A stretch of DNA of 64,000 nucleotides, taken from a virus (taxonomy: Duplodnaviria > Heunggongvirae > Uroviricota > Caudoviricetes). A model generated the notes under the pieces. The model saw only the letters and a program-made list of their open reading frames with translations. It did no database searches and had not been told where the DNA came from. The stretch covers positions 64,001 through 128,000 of IMG/VR virus record IMGVR_UViG_3300005512_000002, one strand, 5' to 3'. Shown in pieces: positions 9,991-20,264 of the stretch; the stretch's first letter is position 1; every line of letters starts with the position of its first letter. The position numbers and the translations under genes are program-made.

Positions 9991-12900
9991 TCATACGGGC
10001 TCGGTCAGGTCGCGTTCCTTGAGGTACACCAGCAGCTTGGGGACCGGGCAACTGCCCGCCTTGCGGCCCTGGGATACAGGCTGGTTGTTGGCCAGTCGCC
10101 AGACCAGGGCCCCCCGCCGCAGGCCACCGGTCCGCTCGTACGTGCTCACGAGCCGGCCCTCTGACGAATAATACTGCCGGCGGGTGTACGCCTTGGCATA
10201 CACCGCCAAATCGCCTGACAGGATGACCCCCGGGGCCCCGTACAGCGTGACCGTGCCGGTGGCCACCCCGCCGATCACCGCGTTGTCGCCCAGATCGCCG
10301 GTCTCCCAGCCGTGGTTCCCGGTCCAGAGATTCATCACCGCCGTGGGGGACCAGGCACCAGCCCCAAGCTCGTCGCCGCTGACCCACTTGAGGGTCCGGG
10401 GCCAGATGACCGGCTGGTGGTTGTAGCAGCGCCAGTCCAGGTCGTAGCGCTGCCCGGAAAGGCTGCGCAGGCGGACCGACGGGCCCATGGCGGGCAGGGC
10501 ATCGCTGCTGACATCTTCCGGGAGGTCCGTGTCGTCGCCGGCGGTGTTGTGGGCGATGATGCTGATGCACTCGCGGTCGAGTTGGTAGCTGGGACCCGGT
10601 CCGCAGGCGGTGATCGGCACATCCACCGGGACCCCCGTGCCGGTGAAGTAGCTCACCGTCACCTTGCTGGGCAGGGTGTCGATGGTCAGCGGCTCGTCGG
10701 CGGTGTACAGGTTCTCGTTGAGCGTCCAGATGCTCAGCGTCTGGCCGCTGTCCGGATCGACGTAGCGGCCGGGCAGGACCACGGTGTTGCGTTTCCAATC
10801 GTAGAACCACTGGCCGGCGGTGATGCGCAGGTAGGTCTGCTGGCCGCAGGTGGTGGACGTGACCGTCCAGACGAAATCGTCCGCGTCGGGATCGTCCGCT
10901 TCGACCATGCTGACGGCCGGGTCGTCGCCAGCCACCACGGACAGGCTGGTGATCTGGGTGGGCTGGTCGGCCAGGCCGTATTCCGTGGTGCCGACGGAAG
11001 CCGACGTACTGTTGCCGGGAGCCAGGTCGATCTGCTCGACCTGGCCCGGGCCGGTGAGGGTCAGATCGCCGTCGGCGTACGGGTAGCCGAAGGCCCGGAA
11101 CACCGTGCAGCGGGCGACATACTCGGTCCAGGTGATCCGGCACTGGGCGTGCTGATCGGTAACCACGGACTGGTCCAGGTGCATCACGACCGTTCCCGGA
11201 GCCGGGCTGGTGACCCGCACAATCATCGCCGAGACCTCGTTGCCGCCGTCGGCTTGGGCCATGGTGAGGGTGCGGCCGACGTAGGCACTGGTATCACCGT
11301 CCACCGGCGCGTCCCCGAACAGGTCCAGGGTCGTGGCGAACCGGGTCGGGTCGCCGGCGTACCGGCTGCCCGGGTGCCAGCTTGCCGCCCCTGGCTCGGC
11401 CCGTTCCGAGACCGCCGGCTGGACCACTTTGAAGCGCAGCTTGCTGGCCGCCGTGGTCACGAAGTGGGCTCCGGCTGCCCCGGCTCCCGCCACAGGGTTG
11501 CCCAGGTGGTCGCCCTGCACACCCGCGAAGCATGCGGGCAGCGACTCGTGGGTGTTCCAGGACCACTGGCTGCCGTCCCACGTCTTGAATCGGTACAGGT
11601 CCTGGTCGGCCAGGTAATCCACCCGCAGCAAATTGCGCCACTGGCCCAGGTCGGTGTGGTAGCCCTCGACCACGAACCCGTGCTTCAGATCCGGATCGAA
11701 CCCGTCACCGCTGTCCTGGATGTCGATGGCCAGAGCACTGACCAGCGGATTGGGTGCCATGATCGGGTCATAGGCGACGGTGGTCACGCCGTCACCGCCG
11801 GTTTCGACCACGCCGTCGAGCAAGGTGTTACAGATCGGGCAATAGCGTGCGTGCATGCTGGGCGTGGTTCCACCGAAAATCCGGTGGGCCTGCTGCTCGT
11901 AGAGTTCGGCCATGGTGTAGCCGCCGGCGGCCACCCAGCAGCCCCGGGTGTTGGGACACGTCGCGTTCGAGGCATCCACTTCCGGGGCCTGGTACCGATA
12001 GGGACGGCGCCATTGCTCGTAGGGAACCTGGCGCAGGTCCATGGTGAAGAACTGGCTGACCGGACGCGACTGGCGACTGCGCCAGTAGTGGTTCGCGTCG
12101 GCCTCGGGCACCGGCCGCACCCCGGTGGACGTGTTCTGATCAAACACCGAGGTATCCGACCGGCACAGGCTCCACGGGTGGTACTGGTAGTAATTCTCGT
12201 CCTGCTCATCACGGCCCTGCGTATCCCAGGTGCTGACCTGGCGGACCCGTCCGATCCGATCGGATTCGGTCTGCTCGATGGGATCACCTTCGGCATCGGG
12301 CTGCGGCTGGTTGTCGGCCACCAGCGGCGTCATGTGCCACGGGTCGGTCAGCCACATGGCGGCCGCACCCGCCGTCAGCAGCATGTAGCGGTAGTTCCAC
12401 CAGTAGAGCGGATCGTAGTCGCCGTCCACCGCCCCTGCGGGCGTGTCGTGGAACCGGTTGGCCAGCCCGCCGGTGGTCAGATCATAAGGGTCCGGCTGCA
12501 CGATGTTGGTGTCCGTGCGTGACCGCACGAAATCGTACAGGTCCCCGTAGGCGACGCCCAGGTCACAGGTATAGAAACGGGCCAGCCGTTCGTTGTAGGC
12601 GCCCCGGATCTCGTTGGTCACCTCGATGACCCGCTCGACCGTACCCGCCTGCCACTTGCCGCCGCCGCCCCCGGAAGGCACCTGGGAGCCCTGGGCCTGC
12701 ACGATCACCTGCGGGCCGTCGGCCCAGGCCGTGTCGGTGTAGACCTGCTCGATGTCGATGGCGCGGCTGAAGCGGCCGGAGCTGTCGTAATTGACCAGGT
12801 TCAGCCAGCCGGGGATCGCCTGGTGCTGGTTGGGGAAGATGCTGTTGCGGAAGGCTTCGGCGTAGTAGGTGAACGTCTGCTGGGCCCCGATCCCGCCGGT

Positions 12901-15900
12901 GGAGGCCTGGGCCAGCATCTGGGTGCTGTACATCTCGCGGGCCTGGTCGTACTGCTCGTAGGTCAAGTCTTTCCAGATCGCGTGCTCGGTGAGCAACTGG
13001 GTGAGGTTCTGGCCCCACGACCAGCTATCCAGGAACGGTTGACTGAAGCCGATGCCGTGCGACTGGTCGTAGAAGCTCAGTCGGGTCAGCGTCATGGCCG
13101 GATCGTAGATCCGCGTGTCTTCGTCGGTGGCCCGCCATCGCCAGGTGTTGTCATCCTGGAAGCTGTGGCCCGTGTCGGTCTGCAGGTGGGCGGTGACCCC
13201 CGCGTCACTGAGCGGCGCCCAGGGCACGCCGGCGTCCACCTGGGCCCCGCTGACCCAGTGCTCGCGGGAGTCGTACCCGGCATACCCGGGATTGCCCCAG
13301 GTGCTCTGCACGCTTCCGGCGGCGTAGGAGCCGATGTCGCCTTCGTGGTCGGTGGTCCACGGGTGGTAATGCTGCCAGTAGCAGTTCTCGTGTCCCCGGT
13401 AGACCCACCCGTCCTCGTTGGGGTTGCCGCTGCCCATCAGGTTGGTCTCGAACCCGTCGTAGGGCCCGACGCAGCCCAGGGGCGCGGCGGATGGACCGTC
13501 GTCCACCTGGTAGACCAGGTAGGCCTTGACCACGTCCTTGTCCAGGGGCAGCCGCCCATGCAGGAAGTAAGTGACCGTCGAGACCACCTGGTCACCGGTG
13601 TACGGCTGCATGCCCTGGTCGAGGTACGACTGGTAGGTGGCTGCGCCCACGGCGTCCGGGTCGGCGTCCATGTGCAGGGGGTTGGTCCCGCCGGACCGGG
13701 CGATGAACCCCACCCGCTGATTGGTGCGCCACCAGGTGGTGCCCACCGGGTAGTAGGCTCGCACCTTCTGACCCACCGCTTCGGTGCTGTCCCACTCGAC
13801 GTAGCAGTCCAGGCCCGTGGAGTTGGCGGCGATCACCTGGGGCGGAATGGTGCCCAGGGTGTCCTGTGGCAGGGACCGGGTGGTCATTACGTAGCGCTGA
13901 TTGTTGGCAAGCTGGCTCTGGGTGCTGTAGTCGCCACCGGCCGAATACTGGTTATCCTCCGTGGACAGGTCGTAGGCCAGCATGGGCAGGATGCGGTTGC
14001 GCAGCCGCTGGATCTGGGGCCGGGACATAATCTTCAGGCCGGTCTGCTCATCCTGTCCGTAGGGCCCGATCAAGCGCTCGTCGAGATCGAGCACCCCGGC
14101 CCCCTGGCCGATCCCCGACCCGGTCAGGTTACCATTGGGCGGACTGCCGGGGGTGTAGGGCTTGGCCAGGTCACCGTTGCGGCCGGCGGCTGTGAGTGTG
14201 TCGGACCAGAGATTCGGCGTGCCGTTGATATCGCTGGACCACTGCAGGATCGAACTGTCCACCGCATCCAGAATCCAGCGGCGCAGGTGTTCGTCGTACA
14301 GGGCATCACCCTCGTGGGTGTCAGGGTAGTCGCCGCGATCGGGTCGCGGGCTGTCGCTGGCCACCAGCGGCTCGTCCAACAAGCTGCTGGAGATCTGGGC
14401 CACGACGTTGATGATCACCCCGATCCGTCGCTGGGTGCCGTTGGGCATGGTCCGAACGAACCAGATCAAGTCGTTGGCCTGCAGGGTGCAGGCACCTTCG
14501 TCGGCGATGGCCACTTCGATGGTCTGGGTCTGGCCCAGGCGGCTGATCCGGGCCAGGTCGCGCAAGCCCCGGGCGGCGTAGTGATCCAGACCCAGCCAGG
14601 GCTTGACCCGGGCCCGCACGGTGGCCATGGTCTCGCCGGGCTGGGCCCAGGGGACCACGATCTGCCGATTGATCCCCGGGCTGTAGCCCACGGCGGTTGC
14701 CGCACCCGGCGACGGCAGGCGACCCAACTGCTCGATCGCCGCCGTCAGATGGCTGAACGTATAACCACCGCCTGACGGGTTGTAGGCTCCGAGCTTCTGC
14801 TGGATATGGGTCTCCTGGGCCCGACTGACCAGGGTGGGATGCCGCCAGAACAAGCCGTCGTGGCGGACGGTGGCCCCGGGCGGGGCCCACAGGTCCACAT
14901 AGCCCCGGGACAGGCACGAGGGGATACGGTCCATCCCCTCCTGCTCGATGAGATAGCCGCCATCACCGCGCGGGCAGGTAAGCACCGCTCCCTCCGGAGC
15001 GTCCTGCCCCACGGCGTGATCGCCGTCGGCTGCGAGGTTGTTGACCTCCTGCTCGGTGGCATCGACCCCGCAGACATTGCAGCGGTAGTAATAGCGCTCG
15101 ACGGGGGTCATGGTGCCGTCCCCGCCGGGCGGGGCGACGGCGACCTTGTCCGGCGGGAAGCTCAGGGACATCGGATCGTCCGGCAGCAGCGTCCACCAGC
15201 GGGTTCGAGGCGTGCCGTCCACGTCCACCGTCTCGCGGAACCAGTCCAGCAGGGCCTTGGTGTCGTTGGAGTAGGTCGCGCCCACCGAGGCGTAGCTGCC
15301 GGTGGCCTGCACACTCGGGTCGGCCGGGTCGTTCACGCTGTAGCCGGGCACGCCATGGATGGGCCGGGCCCCGTCCACGTTGTCCGGCGGGATGTTCAGG
15401 ATACGGCTGTCAACGTCCACCGCCTGCTCGTAGGTTTCGGCGCGGGTGCCGACCGTGGGGCTGCCGTCGATGAAATACTCGCCGTCGGCGTCGGTCCAGT
15501 AGCCGCGCGTGCCCACGTTCTTGCGGGCGGCCATGCCCCAGTGCAAACCGCCGAACTGGTTGCCGGCGGTCATGTTGCCGGGCGTCTGATTGAGGGCGTA
15601 ATACCCGAAGTCGCAGCGGATCTCCCGCCCCCGGAAGTGGTGGTTCTTGTATTCGGGCGATCGGCCGCCCCAGAACGCCTGGCTGTTGGTCACACAGGTG
15701 GCGTTGCCGGTTGGTGAGACGTAGTCGTCGTGAAGCTCGACCAGCCAGGGAATGTCATCCGAGGTGCCGTACAAGGCCTCGATCGCCGCCTGGTATTCGG
15801 CGGGCACGGCCATCACGCAGAGATTATTCTCATCGTCGAACTGGACCAGGTGGGCGGCCAGGTGACTGTCGGTGTGGGTGTCGAGCCAGGACGGGATGTC

Positions 15901-18141
15901 GTAGAAGAAGTAGGCCCGGAAGTAGCGGGTCTCCTGGGTGTCGGGGTCGGCGTACTCGAACCGTGGCTGCCAGTGCCCGATCACCGGCACGCTGTCGGGC
16001 ACGGTTTCGGGTTCTTCGAGCACCGCCACGCCCAGGGCGTTGGCGTTTTCCTGATCCTGGAAAGTTTCCGCGTCCAGAAACTTGAGTTGGCCGGAAACCA
16101 CGAAGGCTTCGACCAGGCCATCGCCGCTGAAGGCGTCGATCCCGCTGGCCCTGAACGGGGTCAGGATCTCATCGAGCAGGATCTGGTAATTCGCATCGTA
16201 CTCGACCGCCCGACGGTCAAGCTGGGTGTAGGGGCATTGGGCTCCGCCGTAGTGGCAGTAGGAATCGGTGCCGTCGCAGGCCGGGTAGCCGGGCATGCAG
16301 GCCGCGTGCCCCTGGAAGTCGAGGTTGGAATAGCGGCCCCGCTGGAAGCCGGGGGCCAGGCCCCGGGTGGTGATGATGCTGTTGCAGTGTTCGGCCAGGT
16401 AGCACGGCTGCACGTTCTGCATGATGCGGTAGTTGATCTGGTTGACCAGTCCGAAGAAGGGCGTGTCCACCCCCCGGAACGGCTCGTTGGCCTTCTCGTC
16501 CAGCGGAAAGTAGCCGGTGCCGGGTGTGATGGCGAGCCCGGACTCCGGGTCGGTGCGATCGGGCTGGCCGTCGTCGGTGTCGTAGAACGTCTGTTTGCCC
16601 TGGGTCTGCACGACCTCGGGGCTGTAACTGACCGACACGCGGGTCCGGCGATAGCCGCTGTTGGGATCTTTGACCTCGATCTTGGGCGAGGCGATACCCC
16701 GGAAGATGCCCAGGTCCACGTAGCCGCCGGCCGCACTGAGCAGGTCCCCGGCCCCGGGTACGGGTGCCTGGGTGGCCAGGCGCAGGATCTGCAGTTGCCG
16801 ATCCGTGTCGGCCACTCCCGAGAAGGCCGCCAGCACGCGCGGGCCCTGCGGAGTGTAATAGGGGCAGGTGCCCCCGGCGGCGGTGTAGCTTTGTCTGGCT
16901 TGGGCCGGCGTGTCGCCCAGGTACATGGGACACAGGCTCTTGCTGGTGACCGGCCGGGCCAGGTTATCATTGGCCAGAAACCGGGCCTCGTTGGCCGACC
17001 AGTAGGTGCACTGGCAGCTTCCGGCTGCCCCATGCCAGAACGCGCAGCCGCGATGGACCAGGTCGCCGTCGGTGAAGTTGACCTCGTCGAACTGGTAGTT
17101 GCTCACGTCCGCCGGGGCCATCTTGGGGATCGGCACCTCGATCCCGTCGTCGATCGAACCCGGAAGCTCGTAGGTGAACGTGCTGCCCGGAGGCCCGTCG
17201 GTGCCGCTGAGAGTCACCGGGGTCAGGCTCATGCGGGCGGCGTTGTTCCATTGGCCCAGGCTGATCCCATCGGCCATGAACACCGCCCCCCCGGAAACAG
17301 TCATCTCGGGGGTAAGCGTGTCGTAGATCGGTGAGCCCGCCCGGATCTCGATGTGGGGGGTGACCCGGCCGGTAAACCGGCCTTCGGGCCGGAAGTAGTC
17401 GATGGGTCCCAGCATGCCGAACGTGCGGGTGGGCACGTTCTGGCTGTAGCCGTGCCGCAAGGATTGGCACCAGACCGGCTCGCGGTAGAGTCGCACCCCC
17501 GCATTGGGCTCCTGCTGGGCATAACGCACCACCCGCCGGCTGGTCGTGGTGCGGGTAAAGCGGGTGTTGATCGAGCCGTTGTCCAGCCGCTCGCGCCAGT
17601 GAGTGGCATCCAGTTCCGTGCGCCAGTAGTACGTGCCGGTGGCGGCGCTTTGCCAGCGATATTCGATCTCGGGGCTGACCCGCTGACCCGGTGCCACAAG
17701 GGTGGCTGGTTGCTCATTCAGGTAGAGCAGCACCGGCGTGTCGCCGCTGCGATCGCAGGCCGTGGGCAGCACCCAGGGCGGGCAGACCACGCTGCTGGTC
17801 ACACTCTGGGCGTCGTCCAGGTCGCTGCGTTTGCCGCAGCCCTCGACCACGTACTCGGTGAACATCCACGGGTCATGGACCTCGGGGAACAGGCAAGCGG
17901 TGGCGTTGTAGTCCGATCGGCTGGCGAAGCGCCAGTCCTTCTGGAACTTGCTGATCCACTGGGTCCAGCCCATGAACGAGCCGTCGGCGTTATAGCGAGG
18001 GAAGCTGGGCAGGTCGTAGGTGCCGCCCTCGTCCCAGGCCCCGTAGCCGTAGATGATCTGCTGGGGCGGCAGGTCGAAGCACCAGCCCGAGCCATCGGGG
18101 TAGCGGAAATGGGGGGTTGGCGTGTCGCTGTGGTAGGCCAC
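9991..18141 (-). CDS. Very large cysteine-rich virion protein (2716 aa), putative tail tip/baseplate component
   Basis: 8.1-kb ORF, GTG start 3 nt after the HTH gene stop; many Cys clusters; no family recognised. Confidence 0.65.
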   Translation of the reverse strand: MAYHSDTPTPHFRYPDGSGWCFDLPPQQIIYGYGAWDEGGTYDLPSFPRYNADGSFMGWTQWISKFQKDWRFASRSDYNATACLFPEVHDPWMFTEYVVEGCGKRSDLDDAQSVTSSVVCPPWVLPTACDRSGDTPVLLYLNEQPATLVAPGQRVSPEIEYRWQSAATGTYYWRTELDATHWRERLDNGSINTRFTRTTTSRRVVRYAQQEPNAGVRLYREPVWCQSLRHGYSQNVPTRTFGMLGPIDYFRPEGRFTGRVTPHIEIRAGSPIYDTLTPEMTVSGGAVFMADGISLGQWNNAARMSLTPVTLSGTDGPPGSTFTYELPGSIDDGIEVPIPKMAPADVSNYQFDEVNFTDGDLVHRGCAFWHGAAGSCQCTYWSANEARFLANDNLARPVTSKSLCPMYLGDTPAQARQSYTAAGGTCPYYTPQGPRVLAAFSGVADTDRQLQILRLATQAPVPGAGDLLSAAGGYVDLGIFRGIASPKIEVKDPNSGYRRTRVSVSYSPEVVQTQGKQTFYDTDDGQPDRTDPESGLAITPGTGYFPLDEKANEPFRGVDTPFFGLVNQINYRIMQNVQPCYLAEHCNSIITTRGLAPGFQRGRYSNLDFQGHAACMPGYPACDGTDSYCHYGGAQCPYTQLDRRAVEYDANYQILLDEILTPFRASGIDAFSGDGLVEAFVVSGQLKFLDAETFQDQENANALGVAVLEEPETVPDSVPVIGHWQPRFEYADPDTQETRYFRAYFFYDIPSWLDTHTDSHLAAHLVQFDDENNLCVMAVPAEYQAAIEALYGTSDDIPWLVELHDDYVSPTGNATCVTNSQAFWGGRSPEYKNHHFRGREIRCDFGYYALNQTPGNMTAGNQFGGLHWGMAARKNVGTRGYWTDADGEYFIDGSPTVGTRAETYEQAVDVDSRILNIPPDNVDGARPIHGVPGYSVNDPADPSVQATGSYASVGATYSNDTKALLDWFRETVDVDGTPRTRWWTLLPDDPMSLSFPPDKVAVAPPGGDGTMTPVERYYYRCNVCGVDATEQEVNNLAADGDHAVGQDAPEGAVLTCPRGDGGYLIEQEGMDRIPSCLSRGYVDLWAPPGATVRHDGLFWRHPTLVSRAQETHIQQKLGAYNPSGGGYTFSHLTAAIEQLGRLPSPGAATAVGYSPGINRQIVVPWAQPGETMATVRARVKPWLGLDHYAARGLRDLARISRLGQTQTIEVAIADEGACTLQANDLIWFVRTMPNGTQRRIGVIINVVAQISSSLLDEPLVASDSPRPDRGDYPDTHEGDALYDEHLRRWILDAVDSSILQWSSDINGTPNLWSDTLTAAGRNGDLAKPYTPGSPPNGNLTGSGIGQGAGVLDLDERLIGPYGQDEQTGLKIMSRPQIQRLRNRILPMLAYDLSTEDNQYSAGGDYSTQSQLANNQRYVMTTRSLPQDTLGTIPPQVIAANSTGLDCYVEWDSTEAVGQKVRAYYPVGTTWWRTNQRVGFIARSGGTNPLHMDADPDAVGAATYQSYLDQGMQPYTGDQVVSTVTYFLHGRLPLDKDVVKAYLVYQVDDGPSAAPLGCVGPYDGFETNLMGSGNPNEDGWVYRGHENCYWQHYHPWTTDHEGDIGSYAAGSVQSTWGNPGYAGYDSREHWVSGAQVDAGVPWAPLSDAGVTAHLQTDTGHSFQDDNTWRWRATDEDTRIYDPAMTLTRLSFYDQSHGIGFSQPFLDSWSWGQNLTQLLTEHAIWKDLTYEQYDQAREMYSTQMLAQASTGGIGAQQTFTYYAEAFRNSIFPNQHQAIPGWLNLVNYDSSGRFSRAIDIEQVYTDTAWADGPQVIVQAQGSQVPSGGGGGKWQAGTVERVIEVTNEIRGAYNERLARFYTCDLGVAYGDLYDFVRSRTDTNIVQPDPYDLTTGGLANRFHDTPAGAVDGDYDPLYWWNYRYMLLTAGAAAMWLTDPWHMTPLVADNQPQPDAEGDPIEQTESDRIGRVRQVSTWDTQGRDEQDENYYQYHPWSLCRSDTSVFDQNTSTGVRPVPEADANHYWRSRQSRPVSQFFTMDLRQVPYEQWRRPYRYQAPEVDASNATCPNTRGCWVAAGGYTMAELYEQQAHRIFGGTTPSMHARYCPICNTLLDGVVETGGDGVTTVAYDPIMAPNPLVSALAIDIQDSGDGFDPDLKHGFVVEGYHTDLGQWRNLLRVDYLADQDLYRFKTWDGSQWSWNTHESLPACFAGVQGDHLGNPVAGAGAAGAHFVTTAASKLRFKVVQPAVSERAEPGAASWHPGSRYAGDPTRFATTLDLFGDAPVDGDTSAYVGRTLTMAQADGGNEVSAMIVRVTSPAPGTVVMHLDQSVVTDQHAQCRITWTEYVARCTVFRAFGYPYADGDLTLTGPGQVEQIDLAPGNSTSASVGTTEYGLADQPTQITSLSVVAGDDPAVSMVEADDPDADDFVWTVTSTTCGQQTYLRITAGQWFYDWKRNTVVLPGRYVDPDSGQTLSIWTLNENLYTADEPLTIDTLPSKVTVSYFTGTGVPVDVPITACGPGPSYQLDRECISIIAHNTAGDDTDLPEDVSSDALPAMGPSVRLRSLSGQRYDLDWRCYNHQPVIWPRTLKWVSGDELGAGAWSPTAVMNLWTGNHGWETGDLGDNAVIGGVATGTVTLYGAPGVILSGDLAVYAKAYTRRQYYSSEGRLVSTYERTGGLRRGALVWRLANNQPVSQGRKAGSCPVPKLLVYLKERDLTEPV

Positions 18142-18144
18142 GGG

Positions 18145-18348
18145 TCAGGTCTCCTGATGGTGGAGGCGAGCCTCGATGGCCGCGACGTGCTGGCGGGTGA
18201 AGCGGCGGTGGCCCCCGACGGTGCGCCGGGCGGGCGGGATCAGGCCCTGCTTTTCCCAGACCCGCACGGCCTGGGCGGAGACCCCGAACAGGGCCGCCAG
18301 TTCGCTGGGCTTGTAGAATTGTGGGGCCTGGTCCGTACCGCTGGTCAT
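18145..18348 (-). CDS. MerR-family/excisionase-like winged HTH protein (67 aa)
   Basis: FYKPSELAALFGVSAQAVRVWEKQGLIPPARRTVGGHRRF matches the MerR HTH pattern; AAGG-type SD upstream. Confidence 0.85.
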   Translation of the reverse strand: MTSGTDQAPQFYKPSELAALFGVSAQAVRVWEKQGLIPPARRTVGGHRRFTRQHVAAIEARLHHQET

Positions 18349-18461
18349 GCCGTGTCCTTCACCTTACCTTGACATCAATGGTACGGCGGGACACACACAA
18401 CCTAACTTTGGGATTTTTAACTTTGTGAAGATGCAATCGAGACGTGCAATTAAAGCCAACC

Positions 18462-18490
18462 AGCATAGCGTGTTAGCTTATTTCAGTCAA
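18462..18490 (-). promoter_or_regulatory. Sigma70-type promoter for the HTH/tail-tip operon
   Basis: TTGACT-17 nt-TATGCT in AT-rich intergenic DNA. Confidence 0.7.
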
Positions 18491-18541
18491 GAGCGAATTG
18501 CCAAATCAAGAGGCTGAAGCGCCATTCCCCGGAGGTTGAAG

Positions 18542-18614
18542 CTCCAGCGACAGGGGTCGAACCTGTAACCTGCCGGTTAACAGCCGGCTGCTCCACCGAT
18601 TGAGCTACGCTGGA
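18542..18614 (-). tRNA. tRNA-Asn(GTT)
   Basis: Cloverleaf: TCCAGCG/CGCTGGA acceptor, loop CTGTTAA, G73. Confidence 0.95.
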
Positions 18615-18625
18615 AAGTAAAAGTA

Positions 18626-18646
18626 GCCCGCCGATCACCGGCGGGC
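18626..18646 (-). terminator. GC hairpin followed by TACTTTT, possible terminator or processing stem
   Basis: GCCCGCCG/CGGCGGGC 8-bp stem. Confidence 0.4.
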
Positions 18647-18722
18647 CGATAGAAGCTGGGTTCCGTTCTCCTCGGGGTCCAGCGTTTGACGGAGCGCTGG
18701 GCCTCTTGGGTACGGGAGAAAG

Positions 18723-18795
18723 CTGGCCCGGCTGGATTTGAACCAGCAACCTCCTGGTCCAAAGCCAGGCGCTCTGCCGCTTGAGCTACGGGCCC
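18723..18795 (-). tRNA. tRNA-Gln(TTG)
   Basis: CCTGG-CTTTGGA-CCAGG arm; A72, G73; G1:A72 mismatch. Confidence 0.9.
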
Positions 18796-19277
18796 TTGAT
18801 TTCGGGCAGCGGGGTCGGATTGAACGCAACAGTCTCAGCCTCGACCGTGTGGTGGGTGCACACCACCGGAATGGTATGCTCCAGGCCCAGGTGCCGCAGG
18901 GCCTTGCTGAACAGCTTGGCCACTTTCTTGTAGGTCTTCTTCTCGCGCACCGGGAAGTGGTCGTTGCCCACCTTCACGTGCAGCACCTGCGGGCACTGGC
19001 CGGCCCCGGGGGCGCTGAGCAGTCGGGCGGTGGCCTGCAGGACCTGCTCGGCCCCGGCGGTGCGATTGGGCCACTTCCAGACGCACGGCCTGTCGGGGTC
19101 CTGGGCCAGGCTGATGCTGGTCAGGTCCTCGTTCGGTTGGTCACAGCCGTCGCTGAACACGTGCAGATTGACGCAGGTGTCGGACCAGACGCGGGTGATG
19201 ATGGCCGCCGCCGGCTCGCTGTCCGGCTGGGGGAAGTAGTGGACGATCCGTCCCACACTCGGCTTGGGCTGAGGCAT
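18786..19277 (-). CDS. Hypothetical phage protein (~163 aa)
   Basis: N-terminal PSVGRIVHY...AAIITRV...VNLHVF motif common in small phage proteins; stop lies in tRNA-Gln. Confidence 0.7.
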   Translation of the reverse strand: MPQPKPSVGRIVHYFPQPDSEPAAAIITRVWSDTCVNLHVFSDGCDQPNEDLTSISLAQDPDRPCVWKWPNRTAGAEQVLQATARLLSAPGAGQCPQVLHVKVGNDHFPVREKKTYKKVAKLFSKALRHLGLEHTIPVVCTHHTVEAETVAFNPTPLPEIKGP

Positions 19278-19278
19278 G

Positions 19279-19995
19279 TCAAACTCCTGGTACGTTCGCA
19301 GGGTTGCACCCAGACGCATCAACGTACAACGCGATGCGTTCGGGTACGCCGTAGATCTCGAAGCAGTGCACGCACAGGGCGGCGACGATGCGCACCCGAT
19401 CCAGGGCGCAGGTATCGCCCGGCAGGCGATCCCATCCGACCATCACCCGGCCCCCCACCGTCGCGGCGCCGGTCGGACTGTCCGTGGCCAGCCGGTTCTG
19501 GCACCAGGCGAAGTCGGCCTGCCACAGGTAATGCCGCAGCAAGGTGGCGAAGTCGTTAATGGTCTTTTTGCCACCGGGCCGGCTGGTGATGCGATTCGGC
19601 GGTAGGTCGCGCTGATACTCGCGTTCCTCCAGGACCACGTCCCACACGTCGTCGAAGCTCATGGGTAACCGTCCGCCCGCTTCATTCAGCCGCGTGCTGA
19701 ACGCGACGGGATGGTCTTGGCGTCGGGGCACCCCGAAGTGCATCAGGCAGGTGATGGCCAGATTGGCCACCTTGCGCATGGGATCGAGGGCGGCGTCCTT
19801 GCCGTTCACGTCGATGCAGGCTTCGCTGACCTGCCGCACGTAGCAGTCCATATAGGTCAGCCAGTCGCCCACGGATTTCTGGCTGTCGGGCACCCGGTCG
19901 GTGGCCCCGGCTCGCTGGGCCCGCCCGGGCCAATCACCGCTGGCGTACTCGTGCTCGGTCAGGATGATCTGCTTGATGGCGTCGCGGTCCATCAT
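19279..19995 (-). CDS. Protein with two tandem MazG/all-alpha NTP-pyrophosphohydrolase-like units
   Basis: Duplicated pattern (E..Y...W...DWLTY...ALDPMRKVANLAITC / E..YQ...NDFATL...ALDRVRIVAALCVHC); family call is inference. Confidence 0.5.
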   Translation of the reverse strand: MMDRDAIKQIILTEHEYASGDWPGRAQRAGATDRVPDSQKSVGDWLTYMDCYVRQVSEACIDVNGKDAALDPMRKVANLAITCLMHFGVPRRQDHPVAFSTRLNEAGGRLPMSFDDVWDVVLEEREYQRDLPPNRITSRPGGKKTINDFATLLRHYLWQADFAWCQNRLATDSPTGAATVGGRVMVGWDRLPGDTCALDRVRIVAALCVHCFEIYGVPERIALYVDASGCNPANVPGV

Positions 19996-20078
19996 GGTGT
20001 GCTCCAGATCCGGCGTCGGCGTGACGCGGGTCTGGTTCTGGTCGGCCTGCCCGGGGCCCGACTTGAGTTCCTGGTGAA

Positions 20079-20112
20079 CTTCCGGGGGAACTTCCGGGGG
20101 AACTTCCGGGGG
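20079..20112. repeat. Three tandem 12-bp CTTCCGGGGGAA units
   Basis: Direct reading; 3' trailer of tRNA-Glu(TTC). Confidence 0.95.
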
Positions 20113-20115
20113 TAA

Positions 20116-20191
20116 TGACCTGGACCGGAATCGAACCGGCGACCTCCGGGTTGAAAGCCCGGTGATGCGAGCCAACCGCATCTGCCAGGTC
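20116..20191 (-). tRNA. tRNA-Glu(TTC), atypical D arm
   Basis: GACCTGG/CCAGGTC acceptor, loop CTTTCAA; C8 and extended GATGCG/CGCATC D stem. Confidence 0.8.
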
Positions 20192-20264
20192 CAGGCCGGG
20201 CCGACGGCCCGGCATTTGAGATTGGAAATCTCAAATCTGAGATGCACCCCGCAGGGGTGCCAAG

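Noticed and set aside
18615-18722. HDV-like (theta) ribozyme after a tRNA 3' end
   Set aside because: No G+1-initiated P1 or nested pseudoknot could be built by eye here or at 23418-23524.
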